From the NCBI GenBank assembly GCA_951406725.2, contig OX597818.1, forward strand, positions 54,188,001-54,252,000: a stretch of DNA of 64,000 bases. Reading direction: 5' to 3'. Made by a program: the position numbers and the translations under genes. Of the stretch, positions 46,325-60,461 are shown piece by piece. This DNA comes from Octopus vulgaris. Taxonomy: Eukaryota. Each line of letters opens with the position of its first letter. Position 1 is the stretch's first letter. The notes beneath the pieces were generated by a model. That model worked only from the letters and a program-made list of their open reading frames with translations. It was not told where the DNA came from and did no database searches.

Positions 46325-47179
46325 AATCTTTCGTCTTCTCTCTGTCTCCCCGTGTACACGTACTCTCTGTTATCTTGCCATACGTATCAGCCCTAAGGCT
46401 GTGAATGTAGGAAGTATATGTATATTTTTATTTATATTTAGCAGAGGTGATAGATTCATTCAGGGTCCGAGAGCTTCGTACGTTTGATAAGTGCCAACGC
46501 ACCAAACTTTCCAACTTTGAATCACTTTGTTACTTCTGAAGGCATAAAATATTTTTACAGAAATTAACGAATAATAAAAACCACAGATCTGAGGGTAAAG
46601 ACGAAGAATGGCCAATAAAGGCATAAATAAATGTATGTGTGTGTGAGTATGTAAAACACTTGAAATTTATGTTTATCCATCGTAATTTCTGCTAAGAACA
46701 TTTGCTAAATTTGTGCTGCTGGCGAACAATTTCTTTAAAATTATTAAATATTCTGATAAAATAAAATTCATAATTTTATAATTTTATGTAATAACTATAT
46801 GTATTGTTATTTTATAGCTATTTTTAAAGCATTTTTATGTGTAGCTGTATTTGTTTTCCTATGATGAAGGGTACTTGTCAAGTGGACAAGTACCTGATGA
46901 AAGCAGGAGCGTAGTTCAGTGGTGCGATCTCCCGCCTCCAGGGAGTACATTTTTAAAAATTGGTGCTTTTTATAAAATGTGTTGAAAATTATTTGGTATG
47001 TTTCACTGTGCCTTTTAATTTCTTTTTTTCATGTGCTCACTTCTCCTAACTTTAGAACCTGGCTACGCCTCTGGTTGATAAATTATAAAGTAGTAAACGT
47101 TAAAATCACCTTTTCAGCATTGAGCCTCGCAGAGACAATCACAAGTGATCGAGGGTCATTGGTAATATGCGGTGCTTGA

Positions 47180-47785
47180 AAGGCGGCGAGCTGGAAGAAA
47201 CGTTTGTCTGTCCCTATTTGTCCTCTCTGTGTTTAGCCCCTTGTGGGTAGTAAAAAAAATAGGTATTTCGTCTGATGCTACGTTCTGAGTTCAAATTCCG
47301 CCGAGGTCGACTTTGCCGTTCATCCTTTCGGGGTCGATAAATAAAGTACCAGTTACGCACTGGGGTCGATATAATTGACTTAATCCGTTTGTCTGTCCTT
47401 ATTTCTCCTCTCTGTGTTTAGCCCCTTGTGGGTAGTAAAAAATAAGTATTTCGTCTGATGCTACGTTCTGAGTTCAAATTCCGCCGAGGTCGACTTTGCC
47501 TTTCATCCTTTCGGGGTCGATAAATAAAGTACCAGATACGACTTAATCCCTTTGTCTGTCCTTGTTTGTCCCCTCTGTGTTTAGCCCCTTGTGGGTAGTA
47601 AAGAAATAGGTATTTCGTCTGCCGCTACGTTCTGAGTTCAAATTCCGCCGAGGTCGACTTTGCCTTTCATCCTTTCGGGGTCGATTAAATAAGTACCAGC
47701 TACGCGCTGGGGTCGATGTAATCCGTTTGTCTGTCCTTATTTGTCCTCTCTGTGTTTAGCCCCTTGTGGGTAGTAAAGAAATAGG
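47180..47785 (+). mobile_element. SINE family A tandem array
   Basis: Same core repeated about 3.5 times. Confidence 0.8.
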
Positions 47786-47984
47786 TTTTGTTACTTGTGG
47801 TTAATTCTGTGGTGTATTTTTGCTTCAAGGTTAGTGTTGGAATTGTTGCTGATTTCTTTTCTTTGTGTTGTTAGTAATACCGTTCTTTTGTGGCAGACGG
47901 AGTGGACTTTTATTCCCCTCCGTGAGGGATGGGGCAATTATCTATTTTTTGTGGCGTTTTTCCACAAATTTATTTTGTTTAAAA

Positions 47985-50842
47985 TGAATACTTCCTCTGC
48001 AAAGAAAAAAAACTGAAATGTTGAGTATGCCGACGGCAGACAAACTTGTAGGACCAGTAAGAAAGATTGATTTTGCAGCTGGAGTAAAAAAAAGAAAAAT
48101 TATGTGTTGACTGAAGTGTGCTAATGCAGCACTACACCATGTTTCAAAGGAGGGATACGACGTAAAAGCCACCCTCCCAAGTGAAATCATAGAAGAAACT
48201 GCAAAAAAAATAGTTGTGTTTAAGACTCTTACAGAAGAAAAGAAACTCGACAAAGCACAAAAAGAAGCTATAGAAAAATGCCTGCAGCCGATCTGGCCGG
48301 ACATAGAATACCTGGCCAGAGGGAAACACTTTTCCACTGTAGTAGTTATTTCAAGAGCGAAGAGAAAGCAAAAACACACTCAGTACAACCTTTGAGAACC
48401 ACAGACATTGTGATATTACCAACATACTTAGGCAGGCGCACATAAAAAATCACAAAAGGAGAGTTCCCGCCAGAAGTGAACGACTCATGGCTACTCCCAG
48501 CCCTACTAGTGGGGCTCGAAGGCGAAATAACAATATTAGAGGCCTCAAAAATCCACCAGCAGAACTTGAAGGGGCAAGGCTTCGAGGTCATTATCCAAGC
48601 GGCGCCACAGACCCTGGAAAAGATCGTAAAAAATATACACTTCAGAGAAGACCGTGGAGAGAAGGGCCACATGCGGGCAAACTGCACCGTAAGGTGCAGA
48701 CGGCCCAAAAAAAGGATGCAGAAGAGGCAGAGACACAGAAGACCGACCAGCAGGCTCCCTACAATGAAAACACTCAACCAGCTGGGAGTGAAGACGGATG
48801 GTTTACCGTAAAAAGAAAAAAGTAACCAAAAGGAAGAACCCCAATCCTGTCCCCTCAACATCCAGCTTGAAGAAAGAAAAAAAACTCCGTCAGCAGACAG
48901 ACATGATATTCAAACTACCTCTCCCCACCACTATTCACAAAAAAATCATATCCCCTCCGTCTAACTCTGATAACCTCAAGCCCCGATATTTCAGCCCCTC
49001 CAATCCCTATCCTCCAGTCCCAATATCCCTCCCCCTAGTACAGCTGAGGAAAATTATCCCTCTTCTCCAGTCCCCGGATAAAATATGGCAAAACAAGTTA
49101 TTATTAGTGGCAATAAATGCCATGGACGAACAATTGACAACACGGATTAAAAATATTCCTACAGCAAAAATATACAAAAACATTACACAAAACTTCCGGA
49201 AGGAATTTTGATAATACAAATAGATGATATAAATCTCGCAGTATTAAAATTATATTTCCCCACAGACATAGGCCCTCCGAGGTTGTAAGTCCATGTACGA
49301 TGACCTATGTGAAACCACCCCTCGAAAAACCACCCCAAGGAAAAGGACAAGGACGAAAGCCAATGATGCCAAGGTAAGTAGATGGCTTGTATTCATGTTG
49401 GTTGTTTGAATGTGCGTGGCCTGGGGTCAAACTGGAAGCAAGGTCGCTTCCTTAATGACATCAGGTCGCGCAATTTGGATGTCATTATTGCTACGGAAAC
49501 CAGGTTAAGGGGGCCAAGAGATATCCTCCCGCAATTTGATGGCCATGAGAGTTTTTTCTCTCCGGGCTGTCCTACTGGCGGGAGTGGGGTGTTGGTCCTG
49601 TTAAAAAGAAACTGGGTTTCTGAGAAAAAGTTAATTTTTTTTTCAGATCCAGAACGTAGGCTGGTCGTCATGGATTTCACGCTTAATCGTGTTAAGATTA
49701 TCAGACTCGTTGCAATTTATGCACCCACTGAAAACAGGCAAAGTGAGTATTTTCGGAACCTGGAGAAGTTTCTCTGTACATCACATTCTCTAGTTGTGCT
49801 AGGAGACTATAACACAATCTGCGAGGTACGCGTAGATTATGTTGGTTCGTGTTCTGATAGAAGAGGTAATCCTTGCTTCCTGGAACTGCTAAGCCGCTTT
49901 GAGCAAGCAGATCCTTATAGGCTGGAATTTCCGAACGCTCCATTGTGGACATGGTCAAACAGCGACTGATCTTCCAGGTCATACCTAGATAGGGTGTTAA
50001 TTAGAAAAGTAGATAAGGATATTGTTAGGTGTCCACAGTTATTCCCGGTCAGCTACAGTAATCCTAAACTGATCACCTGTACGCTCGACATAGATAAGTT
50101 ATATATAATAGAGGATCCGGTTACTGGAAACTTAATACGTCTCTTTTTGGCGATTAAGGAGTACAGAGACCGGATTAAGTTATTGATTCAGAGGGCATTA
50201 ACCGGATCTGTTATTAATAACAAATGGCGGTATGCCCTCAAGCGAGCCATTAAATTTGAGTCTATTAGATATAGCACAGGTTTAGTGGCTAGAGAGACTA
50301 GGAAGGGATTAGCATTAGCTAAGGACTTAGAGGAACCAATGGAATCTGGCTCTGCAGCTCAAGAGACTGGCGTTAAACCAGCACTTCGAAGCCCAACATA
50401 TGGGTTGCATTGTCAGAGCTAGGATTCGTGCATTGGGTTGTGAAGGAATCGAGGCCGCGAGATGGGCCCGTGTGGTGGAAGCACAACGTGTCAACGATGG
50501 CACAACTCGATCTTTGACAAACCAACGAGGTAAGTTGATAAACGAGCCCGAGGAGATGTGTGAGGTCTTTCAGGAGCACTTCACCCAGCTTTTCGGTGGA
50601 GGCGGCAGACCGGACAGTAGGAGGGACCTAACAGACTTCCTCGACTGGCTGCCGCGTTATCGAGGCAGAATGCGGAGTGTTGTGAAGGGCCGATCACGCC
50701 TGAGGAGGTAATTGAGGCTATGGCGGACTGCGGCACGCGTAAGGCGCCGGGACTGAATGGTCTACCCTATGAACTGTATAAAAGTATGCCAGGCTTGTTC
50801 GGGCACCTGCTGGTGAATGTCTACACGAACTGGCAGCAGTAA
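47985..50842 (+). mobile_element. Tx1/L1-like LINE, decayed and 3'-truncated (ORF1 remnant, endonuclease, start of RT region)
   Basis: Degenerate knuckle GEKGHMRANC; IHVGCLNVRGL..ATETR..IYAP..LGDYN..WTWSN; YLDRVL; KAPGLNGLPYELYK. Confidence 0.8.
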
Positions 50843-50920
50843 GTCATTTCAGTAAGTCTTCCTTGGCAATGGCTTTTCTCGTGTAATGAGGATGCAGCTG
50901 TAATATATATATATATATAT

Positions 50921-51136
50921 ATATATACCAATTAAGGACTGAACACGAAAAGTGGACAGTCAACATGCTAGATATAGACGTCAAATCGCCATTCACCACA
51001 AAAGATTATGTTCTCAGATCAAACTGTGTTGAGTTTGATCTGAGAACATAATCTTTTGTGGTGAATGGCGATTTGACGTCTATATCTAGCATGTTGACTG
51101 TCCACTTTTCGTGTTCAGTCCTTAATTGGTATATAT
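50921..51136. repeat. Palindrome with ~105-bp arms and a 6-nt loop
   Basis: ...ctcagatcaaact GTGTTG agtttgatctgag...; the arms read as reverse complements. Confidence 0.9.
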
Positions 51137-51218
51137 AAATATTTTAATCTTCGGATTCTTTTTTAATATGCTAGACCACTGGTCTTAATTGATAAATATC
51201 AATTTCTACCCTTAATTA

Positions 51219-51286
<68 letters not shown>

Positions 51287-51399
51287 AGTGTGTATGTGTG
51301 TATAATATTCCTGTGTGTGAAACTGATAAGCTAAATACAATTTACGATAAAACTTTACCGTTTTATTTTAAACTATCAGTGATTTCAGAACAAAACCTT

Positions 51400-54181
51400 T
51401 GTAACGAGCTTAATGAGATGCGAATATCTTCGTGCACTTTCGGGGTGCACAAAGCAATCACTCACTAGCCGTTACTTTAATAATCCAGAATTCTACTAGT
51501 CAGAAACAAACAGGACGCAGACGTAAAATATACATATAACTATTTTATTCTCTTTCTTGTTGACAATAACAATAAGTGTGTTATCTGATGTCCTTGATTC
51601 TGGGCGCGCAAGGCTGAAAGTTCATAGATTGTAATATTTACAATGTCCAGCCGATGAAAACAGAAAGGGTCCAAGATGGCGTCGAACAATGGAGACGATG
51701 TTGGTCTGCAACAATTTTGGTTAAAAGTCTTCGGCCAAAGGACTGCTAGAATCTAATCCTGACGGAGAGAATATATGCGTGACCGTCGCCGTCAATCGCT
51801 GGGTCCCAAGTCCTCGATGACTGCCGCTAGTGGTCAAACGTTCTACGACCCCCTTGCCTCGCTAACTACCACGATAGGCAAGCGGGTCGTGCTTCCGGTG
51901 GTTCGCGCATGCGCGAGAGGGCCCTTCCTTTCTGTGCCTTGGTAAAGGCACCAACACGCGCGAAATACAAATGGGCGGTGCGCGAGCGCGCGCCGTTGTC
52001 GGATCACTACAGGCTCCCCTCCAGTGCGTACGCACGAAAGGAAACTTATTGTAGTGACTGCAAAACTCAAGGTGGACACCAGATAACCAAATAGCACACA
52101 ATAATATAATGGCAAAATTTATAACATACACAAGAAATTTACTAAAGGAAAAAGAGAAAAAAATACTCAATGAGCAAAAATCAAGAGTGCATGCATGAAA
52201 GTGTATAAGTCACAAAAGTATAAACCCTTCCGCTGAAAGGAGCGGAGGGAAAAGCAAAACTCACAGTTAATGAACCTAGGCGAAATTAAAATCCAACTTC
52301 TCTAAAGGTAGTTGATCCTGCAAATTAGCAGTTAAATCAATTGCTGCAGGAGAGGAAATGGAATTGACAGAAGATCGCTAGTAACACAAAAGGCAAAAGT
52401 GCAAACATGCTGGTGTGATGCGCGACACAGATAATTTTCTGTTAATTTACGTGACCAACAGTGGTCTAACAGGGAAAAATAATTACGCCTATAAATCGGC
52501 GCAGCGCATTTGAACATCCGACGTCTATGAGTCGGGAAAAGAATTAGGCTAACGCAAACGTGTTGCAAAAAACAAGGCAATACACGTGCGAAGCAAAAGG
52601 CGCATGAAATGCAATAGTGCTTGCCAGACCAAAAAACAGCAAATGAATATGCCAGTGGTTAAGCGATTATATGCTTCGTTCGTATAGGAACAAAAGTATG
52701 ACATGCTGGCGCGTCATAATGGACAAACAACCCTCTCTATGTATACGTGACCAACCTAGGGTCTATAGAAATGAGGGGTGTCCACAAAAGGCAAATTTAG
52801 CATGGAACAAAACAAGCGAGAAAAGCACGTGTGACGTATGTATGTGAGAGAGAGCATTTATGTGTGTGTACGTGTGTGCGACAGAAATACATACAAGGTG
52901 AATGCGAGCAAAATACAAAAAATACAGCGCATAGAAAAAAATGTCTCTCGAGTGCTATTTCAGACAAGAATTAATTTACCAGTCTGTAATAGCCTGATGA
53001 ACAATAGCAGTTCGTTCTGTAACAGAAATGTTGATAATCACAAAATGCAGATGCCGGTTGAACACATATCGTGTAGCGGTTGTGGCTTCAATGCTGTGAC
53101 AGGTTAACTGGAACAGAAGAATCTCGTAGATAGACGGTGCTGTTTATCCTTGGTGTGCATATGCACAAAACAGCGTGCACGCTAAAGTTCCGCGAGTTGC
53201 TATGTACATCTTGGTGGAGGTCGACGGTGTTGAAAGGCGACGTTGGTGGTGGAAGGCGACTGTAGTGGACTTGGGACAACATCGTTCTTAGTGATGATGG
53301 CGACGAAGATAGCGACGACGTGAAGTAGACAGACGACGATGATGATGACGAAGGTGGAGAAAAGGCATCGAATATATGATGTTGTTCGTCATCATGGCTG
53401 TAGAATAAGAAAGAGGCTCCTTCTACAACTGTTTTTGGTGGCCGGAAACAAATCGTCGTAAGATGAATGCGTAGAGTTAAATCGTGTTCCGACTTCGCAG
53501 AAAAACTGGATTTTTTTGTTGATAAGTGATCTCTAGTTTTAGACCAGAATCACGTCGGGGTCACCACTTGTAAGAACTTCAATGAGATGCGAATATCTTC
53601 CTGCACTTTCGGGGTGCACAAAGCAATCACTCACTAGCCGTTACTTTAATAATCCAGAATCTCTACTAGTCAGAAACAAACAGGACGCAGACGTAAAATA
53701 TACATATAACTGCTTTATTCTCTTTCTTGTTGACAATAACAATAAGTGTGTTATCTGATGTCCTTGATTCTGGGCGCGCAAGGCTGAAAGTTCATAGATT
53801 GTAATATTTACAATGTCCAGCCGATGAAAACAGAAAGGGTCCAAGATGGCGTCGAACAATGGAGACGATGTTGGTCTGCAACAATTTTGGTTAAAAGTCT
53901 TCGGCCAAAGGACTGCTAGAATCTAATCCTGACGGAGAGAATATATGCGTGACCGTCGCCGTCAATCGCTGGGTCCCAAGTCCTCGATGACTGCCGCTAG
54001 TGGTCAAACGTTCTACGACCCCCTTGCCTCGCTAACTACCACGATAGGCAAGCGGGTCGTGCTTCCGGTGGTTCGCGCATGCGCGAGAGGGCCCTTCCTT
54101 TCTGTGCCTTGGTAAAGGCACCAACACGCGCGAAATACAAATGGGCGGTGCGCGAGCGCGCGCCGTTGTCGGATCACTACA
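51400..54181 (-). mobile_element. Non-autonomous LTR retrotransposon (Gypsy-type ends): LTRs 53569-54181 (5') and 51400-52011 (3')
   Basis: ~612-bp TG..CA direct repeats, 4-bp TSD CCTT, PBS TGGTGACCCCGACGTGAT (53549-53566, tRNA-Trp type), PPT GGAGGGGAGCC (52012-52022); no gag/pol ORF recognised. Confidence 0.9.
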
Positions 54182-54378
54182 CCTTTTATAAAGGTTCGCC
54201 TGCATTTAGCATCTCTAACTCCTATCCACACCCATCTCCCTTTGTTGTTTTACCCTTCGTCTCCCAGACAAATAATGCTGTATCGAATGGTTTGGAAAAA
54301 AGTAATAAAGAAGGGAAAACAACAACTTATATAAGTTGCTTGATGGTAACGATAACGATAAATAAAAAAAAAGAGATA

Positions 54379-55237
54379 CTGTAAATCCTCGAGTATAATC
54401 CGCATTTTTTCCCGAAATTTAAAGGTCAAAATCCCTAGTGCGTATTATATACGAGGTATCAAATGAAAAATATTTTCTAAGCAATGTCCGAGTCTCTATT
54501 TGCTGTCCGGCAATGTTTATTCAGACGCATTTTGTGATGTCGAGCGCGAAAATACCTTAAGCTAAGCCTGAAAACAATGAAGTCATAAAGTGATTTATGG
54601 ACTGAATAGATGTCGAATGAAGAAAAGTCGTTCACTAAAGGTGGAAGGGTTCGCGCTCCCGACCTGACTTTGATATGCAAATGGATCGTGTATGCATAGA
54701 ATGAACTTGACCTCCAGATTATAGTGAAAAGTTTTATCCAATGTTGTATATCGTCTGCATCAAATGTTGTATATCGTCTGCATCAAATGTATATCGTCTG
54801 CACTGGATGGTACTCAGGATGACTTTGTATGGAAAGATGAAATTAATGAAAGTGAATCTTCTGATGTTGACTTTGAATCTGACGATGACGGAGATTTACA
54901 CTACAATGATGCTGACATGTTTACGGAGGAACAAATGGGACATTTATTTGATGCTGAAAGTGAAGCTGAATTTGAAGGATTTGAATAAATATTTTACTTT
55001 CGCTTTTGTAACTAATAGTGATAAATATGTAAAGGCAATTTATTTAATATTTATTTTTCACTGAAGTTATTAGTTATTTATTTATCTTCTGCAAACAAAA
55101 TGTACAAAAAAAGCTATAAGCTTGCATTATGTTATATATACAATAATAATAAAGGACGTTATCGTATACATTTTTACAAACCAAGGACGTTATATAGACC
55201 TCCTTGACTCAGGTTAGAGAAGGGGTGCGTATTATAC
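54379..55237 (+). mobile_element. pogo/Tigger-like transposon deletion derivative
   Basis: TA|ctgtaaatcctcgagtataa end; remnant FTKGGRVRAPDLTLICKWIVYA*..IVKSF..CCISSALDGTQDD and acidic tail. Confidence 0.7.
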
Positions 55238-55688
55238 CCTAATCTTAAAACATCAACCCTAACCCTAAAACACTAACCCTAATCCTAAAACCTCAACCCT
55301 AACCCTAAAACACTAACCCTAATCCTAAAACACTAACCCTAGCCCTAAAACACTAACCCTAATCCTAAAACCGCAACCCTAACCCTAAAACACTAACCCT
55401 AATCCTAAAACACTAACCCTAGCCCTAAAACACTAACCCTAATCCTAAAACATCAACCCTAACCCTAAAACACTAACCCTAATCCTAAAACATCAACCCT
55501 AACCCTAAAACACTAACCCTAATCCTAAAACACTAACCCTAGCCCTAAAACACTAACCCTAATCCTAAAACCGCAACCCTAACCCTAAAACACTAACCCT
55601 AATCCTAAAACCCCAACCCTAACCCTAAAACACAAACCCTAATCCTAAAACCCCAACCCTAGCCCTAAAACACTAACCCTAACCCTAA
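55236..55688. repeat. Telomere-like 20-bp minisatellite (AACCCTAAAACACTAACCCT variants)
   Basis: About 22 units containing CCCTAA. Confidence 0.9.
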
Positions 55689-56092
55689 GTAGAAAAATTT
55701 TTGGAAATTTTTTTCAGAATCATAATCTCCGTATATTACCGCATATTTTGAAAAAAAAAAAAAAAAAAACCGGAAAAAGTTTAAAATGAAGAATTTAGGG
55801 TGGTGGGTAATTTCAAAATGCCGAGTTTTGCCTTCATTTTTTTTTTTTTTTTTTTTTGCAGATTCGTATTCTCCGTAGCCGAAAATGGGAGTTTGTGGAG
55901 AAAAAATAAAAAAAACAAAATGATGGGGGTACGAAAGGAAGTTTTGCCCACTATTTTTATTGAGCTATATTTTGTTGATTGCCTCAAGGTTCGGCAATAC
56001 CCTTAAGGAATTCATATTTATTTCCATGTCCTGCTGAAGACGACGTTTCCTTAGAAGTCGGTGAGAGAGAAGCGATAGGGGGAAACACACAA

Positions 56093-57527
56093 GGTGGCGA
56101 GCTGGCAGAACCGTTAGCACACCGGGCGAAATGCTTAGCGGTATTTCGTCTGCCGTTACGTTCTGAGTTCAAATTCCGCTGAGGTCGACTTTGCCTTTCA
56201 TCCTTTCGGGGTCGATAAATAAAGTACCAGTTACGCACTGGGGTCGATGTAATCGACTTAATACCTATGTCTGTCCTTGTTTGTCCCCTCTATGTTTAGC
56301 CCCTTGTGGGTAATAAAGAAATAGGTATTTCATCTGCAGTTACGTTCTGAGTTCAAATTCCGCCGAGGTCGACTTTGCCTTTCATCCTTTCGGGGTCGAT
56401 AAATAAAGTACCAGATACGCACTAGGGTCGATATAATTGATTTAATCCGTTTGACATCCTTATTTGTCCTCTCTGTGTTTAGCCCCTTGTGGGTAGTAAA
56501 GAAATAGGTATTTCGTCTGCCGTTACGTTCTGAATTCAAATTCCGCCGCGGTCGATTAAATAAGTACCAGTTACGCACTGGAGTCGTTATAATTGACTTA
56601 ATCCGTTTGTCTGTCCTTATTTGTCCTCTCTGTGTTTAGCCCCTTGTGGGTAGTAAAGAAATAGGTATTTCGTCTGCCGTTACGTTCTGAGTTCAAATTC
56701 CGCCGCGGTCGATTAAATAAGTGCCAGTTACGCACTGGGGTCGATATAATTGACTTAATCCGTTTGTCTGTCCCTATTTGTCCTCTCTGTGTTTAGCCCC
56801 TTGTGGGTAATAAAGAAATAGGTATTTCGTCTGCAGTTACGTTCTGAGTTCAAATTCCGCCGAGGTCGACTTTGCCTTTCATCCTTTCGGGGTCGATAAA
56901 TAAAGTACCAGTTACGCACTGGGGTCGATGTAATCGACTTAATACCTATGTCTGTCCTTGTTTGTCCCCTCTATGTTTAGCCCCTTGTGGGTAATAAAGA
57001 AATAGGTATTTCGTCTGCAGTTACGTTCTGAGTTCAAATTCTGCCGAGGTCGACTTTGCCTTTCATCCTTTCGGGGTCGATAAATAAAGTACCAGTTACG
57101 CACTGGGGTCGATGTAATCGACTTAATACCTATGTCTGTCCTTGTTTGTCCCCTCTATGTTTAGCCCCTTGTGGGTAGTAAAGAAATAAGTATTTCCTCT
57201 ACTGCTACGTTCTGAGTTCAAATTCCGCCGCGGTCGATTAAATAAGTACCAGTTACGCACTGGGGTCGATATAATTGACTTAATCCGTCTGTCTGTCCCT
57301 ATTTGTCCTCTCTGTGTTTAGCCCCTTGTGGGTAGTAAAAAAATAAGTATTTCGTCTGATGCTACGTTCTGAGTTCAAATTCCGCCGAGGTCGACTTTGC
57401 CTTTCATCCTCTCGGGGTCGATAAACAAAGTACCAGATACGCACTGGGGTCGATATAATCGACTTAATCCGTTAGTCTGTCCTTATTTCTCCTCTCTGTG
57501 TTTAGCCCCTTGTGGGCAATAAAGAAA
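56093..57527 (+). mobile_element. SINE family A head followed by ~8 tandem monomers
   Basis: One head, then repeated ~150-180-bp bodies with or without a ~27-bp internal deletion. Confidence 0.85.
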
Positions 57528-58023
57528 CGGATAGGTGAAACACACGCTAACGACGCATGCGCGTTCTTTCTTTCGCTCGCACCCACACAAACACACCCAT
57601 TGACCAGTTGAATAGTGAAACATATACACTCGCACAATGTATATGTTTGTTTGTCTTTATGTACGTACGTGTGTATAAAAGACGTGTATATAAAAGACCA
57701 CACATACACGCGTGCGCGCGAAACACGCCCTTTACTCTCTTTCACTTGTTTCACTCATTTGACTGTGGCCATGCTGGAGCACCACCTTTTTTAGTCGAGC
57801 AAATCGCCCCCAGGACTTATTCTTTGTGAGCCCTGTTACTTATTCTATCGGTTTCTTTCGCCGAACTGCTAAGTTACAGAGACATAAACACACCAGCATC
57901 GGTTGTCAAGCGATGTTGGGGGGGGGGACAAACATACACACACATATATATATATATACATATATACGATGGGCTTTTTTCAGTTTCCGTTTACCAAAGC
58001 CTTGTGAGTGGATTTGGTAAACG

Positions 58024-58078
<55 letters not shown>

Positions 58079-58161
58079 GGTCCCGGGTTGATTCGGGGTT
58101 AACCACAGTAAGTAAGGTACTCAATACATAGCAGAGTAAAATTAATTTATTATATAGAAGG

Positions 58162-58212
58162 AGCTTCTACAGGACTAGTACTGTTTCATTCAAGAGAAAT
58201 CTTCAGGAAGCT
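58162..58212 (-). ncRNA. Type I hammerhead ribozyme candidate in pseudo-LTR-like context (mirror copy begins at ~63970 on +, cut by the window end)
   Basis: AGCUUC-CUGAAGA-UUUCUCUUGAAU-GAAA-CAGUACUAGUCCUGUA^-GAAGCU: 6-bp helix I, 4-bp helix III, weak helix II. Confidence 0.65.
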
Positions 58213-58595
58213 ATTTAACAAGAATTGTATTAGCATTTATACATTTAGGCAGGTTTAAAGGAGTGGTGGTGGGGGACTTTTTGGGGGTAGGCATAGCGCA
58301 AAATATCATACTTGGGGGAGTGGTCAAGGAGTCAGTGGTAATTTAGATGAAAGAATAGATAAATAAAAAAATAAAAAAAAAAATAAAAATAAAAAAATAA
58401 AAAAAAAAAAAAAAAAAATAAAAAAAATATAAAAAATATATATAAAAAAATATATATATAAAAAATATATATATAAAAAAATATATATATAAAAAAAGGG
58501 GGGATAGAGTTATAGGTAAATAAGGAGATTCTCACTTATACCTATACACACATGTATACGTATCTACACACACATACATACATACACATATATAT

Positions 58596-58640
<45 letters not shown>

Positions 58641-59513
58641 ACACACACATACATACATATCTACATACACACATACATACACCCGCCCACATATACAAAT
58701 TTATACACATGCACATGCCTATACCTGTCTACACATACACACACGTATATATGCATACACTCACTCCCATGCATGCACGCATACACACATGTATATATAT
58801 ATATATATATACCCACGACCACACATACATATATACACATAAAAATATATATTCATACGCACATACACTCATGCACACACAACACACCTAGTTCCCTATA
58901 TACACATATTTACACCTATATATACATACACCCACATACACCTATGTACACATATATATATATAAACATATACACGCATACATATATATACATGTGTGCA
59001 CATACATACATACACACATATATACATACACATACACATACACATGTGTACCTATACATACCTACACATACACACATACATACATACAAATATACATATA
59101 CATATATATATATACAATCCAATACAGGCCCATTCCCTAATTTTAATTTTATTATCTTCATTTATTACTTTTGTTATCTTTGATCGCTAGGGCTAAGAAT
59201 CCTGGCAATGGCTGCATGTCCATTTGTCTGTCTACTAGAAGGCAAGTACTCATTCCCGCACGCACACTCATTAGCACGTACATTCACCCATTCGTACACT
59301 CATACACATACACGTACGCACGCGTTATATTCATACATACAAACATCTACATACGTTCACGTATATACACATACGTACTCGTACCTACAGATTCGTGTCT
59401 ACACTTTAGGAGGCTAGTCTATACATATACACCAATAAATATACATATATATATATATATACCCGCATATACATACACACACACACATATATACTCCTAC
59501 ATACAGATACATA

Positions 59514-59557
<44 letters not shown>

Positions 59558-60051
59558 CATACACATACACACATACATATACACACACATACATACACAT
59601 ATATATACATACACAAACATATATACACACATATATATATACATACACACATACACACATACATACGTATACATACATACATACATCCATACATCCATAC
59701 TTACATGCATTTATACGCATACACACACCCATCTATATATATGTATATATATATATATATATATATACACACTCACACATACATATACAAATCTACGCAC
59801 ACACATACATACATACACGTATACGCATACACGCACATACACATATACATGCGTACCCATACACGTGCACACACGCACGCGCATCCATATATATACACAC
59901 ACACACACATATATATACACGTGTGCAAGCATACATACATACTCATACGCGCACACATACTTACAAATACATATATGCACACACTTACACACATATATAT
60001 ACATACACATATACATGCATACATACATATATGCATACATACACACACTCA

Positions 60052-60107
<56 letters not shown>

Positions 60108-60170
60108 TATATACATATATAGATATACATACACATACATACACATACACATACATACACACATATATAT

Positions 60171-60213
<43 letters not shown>

Positions 60214-60414
60214 TACATATATACACATATACATACATATACATACACACACACATACATATATACATATACACTGATACACATACCCATACATACACAT
60301 GCATATACTTATATCACTACATACTCACATATATAAACATATATACATATACACACATACATATATACATGTACATACACATACGTATGCATATATATAT
60401 ATATACATATATAT

Positions 60415-60461
<47 letters not shown>

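Noticed and set aside
55236-55688. True telomere
   Set aside because: Interstitial 20-bp variant units rather than pure (TTAGGG)n.
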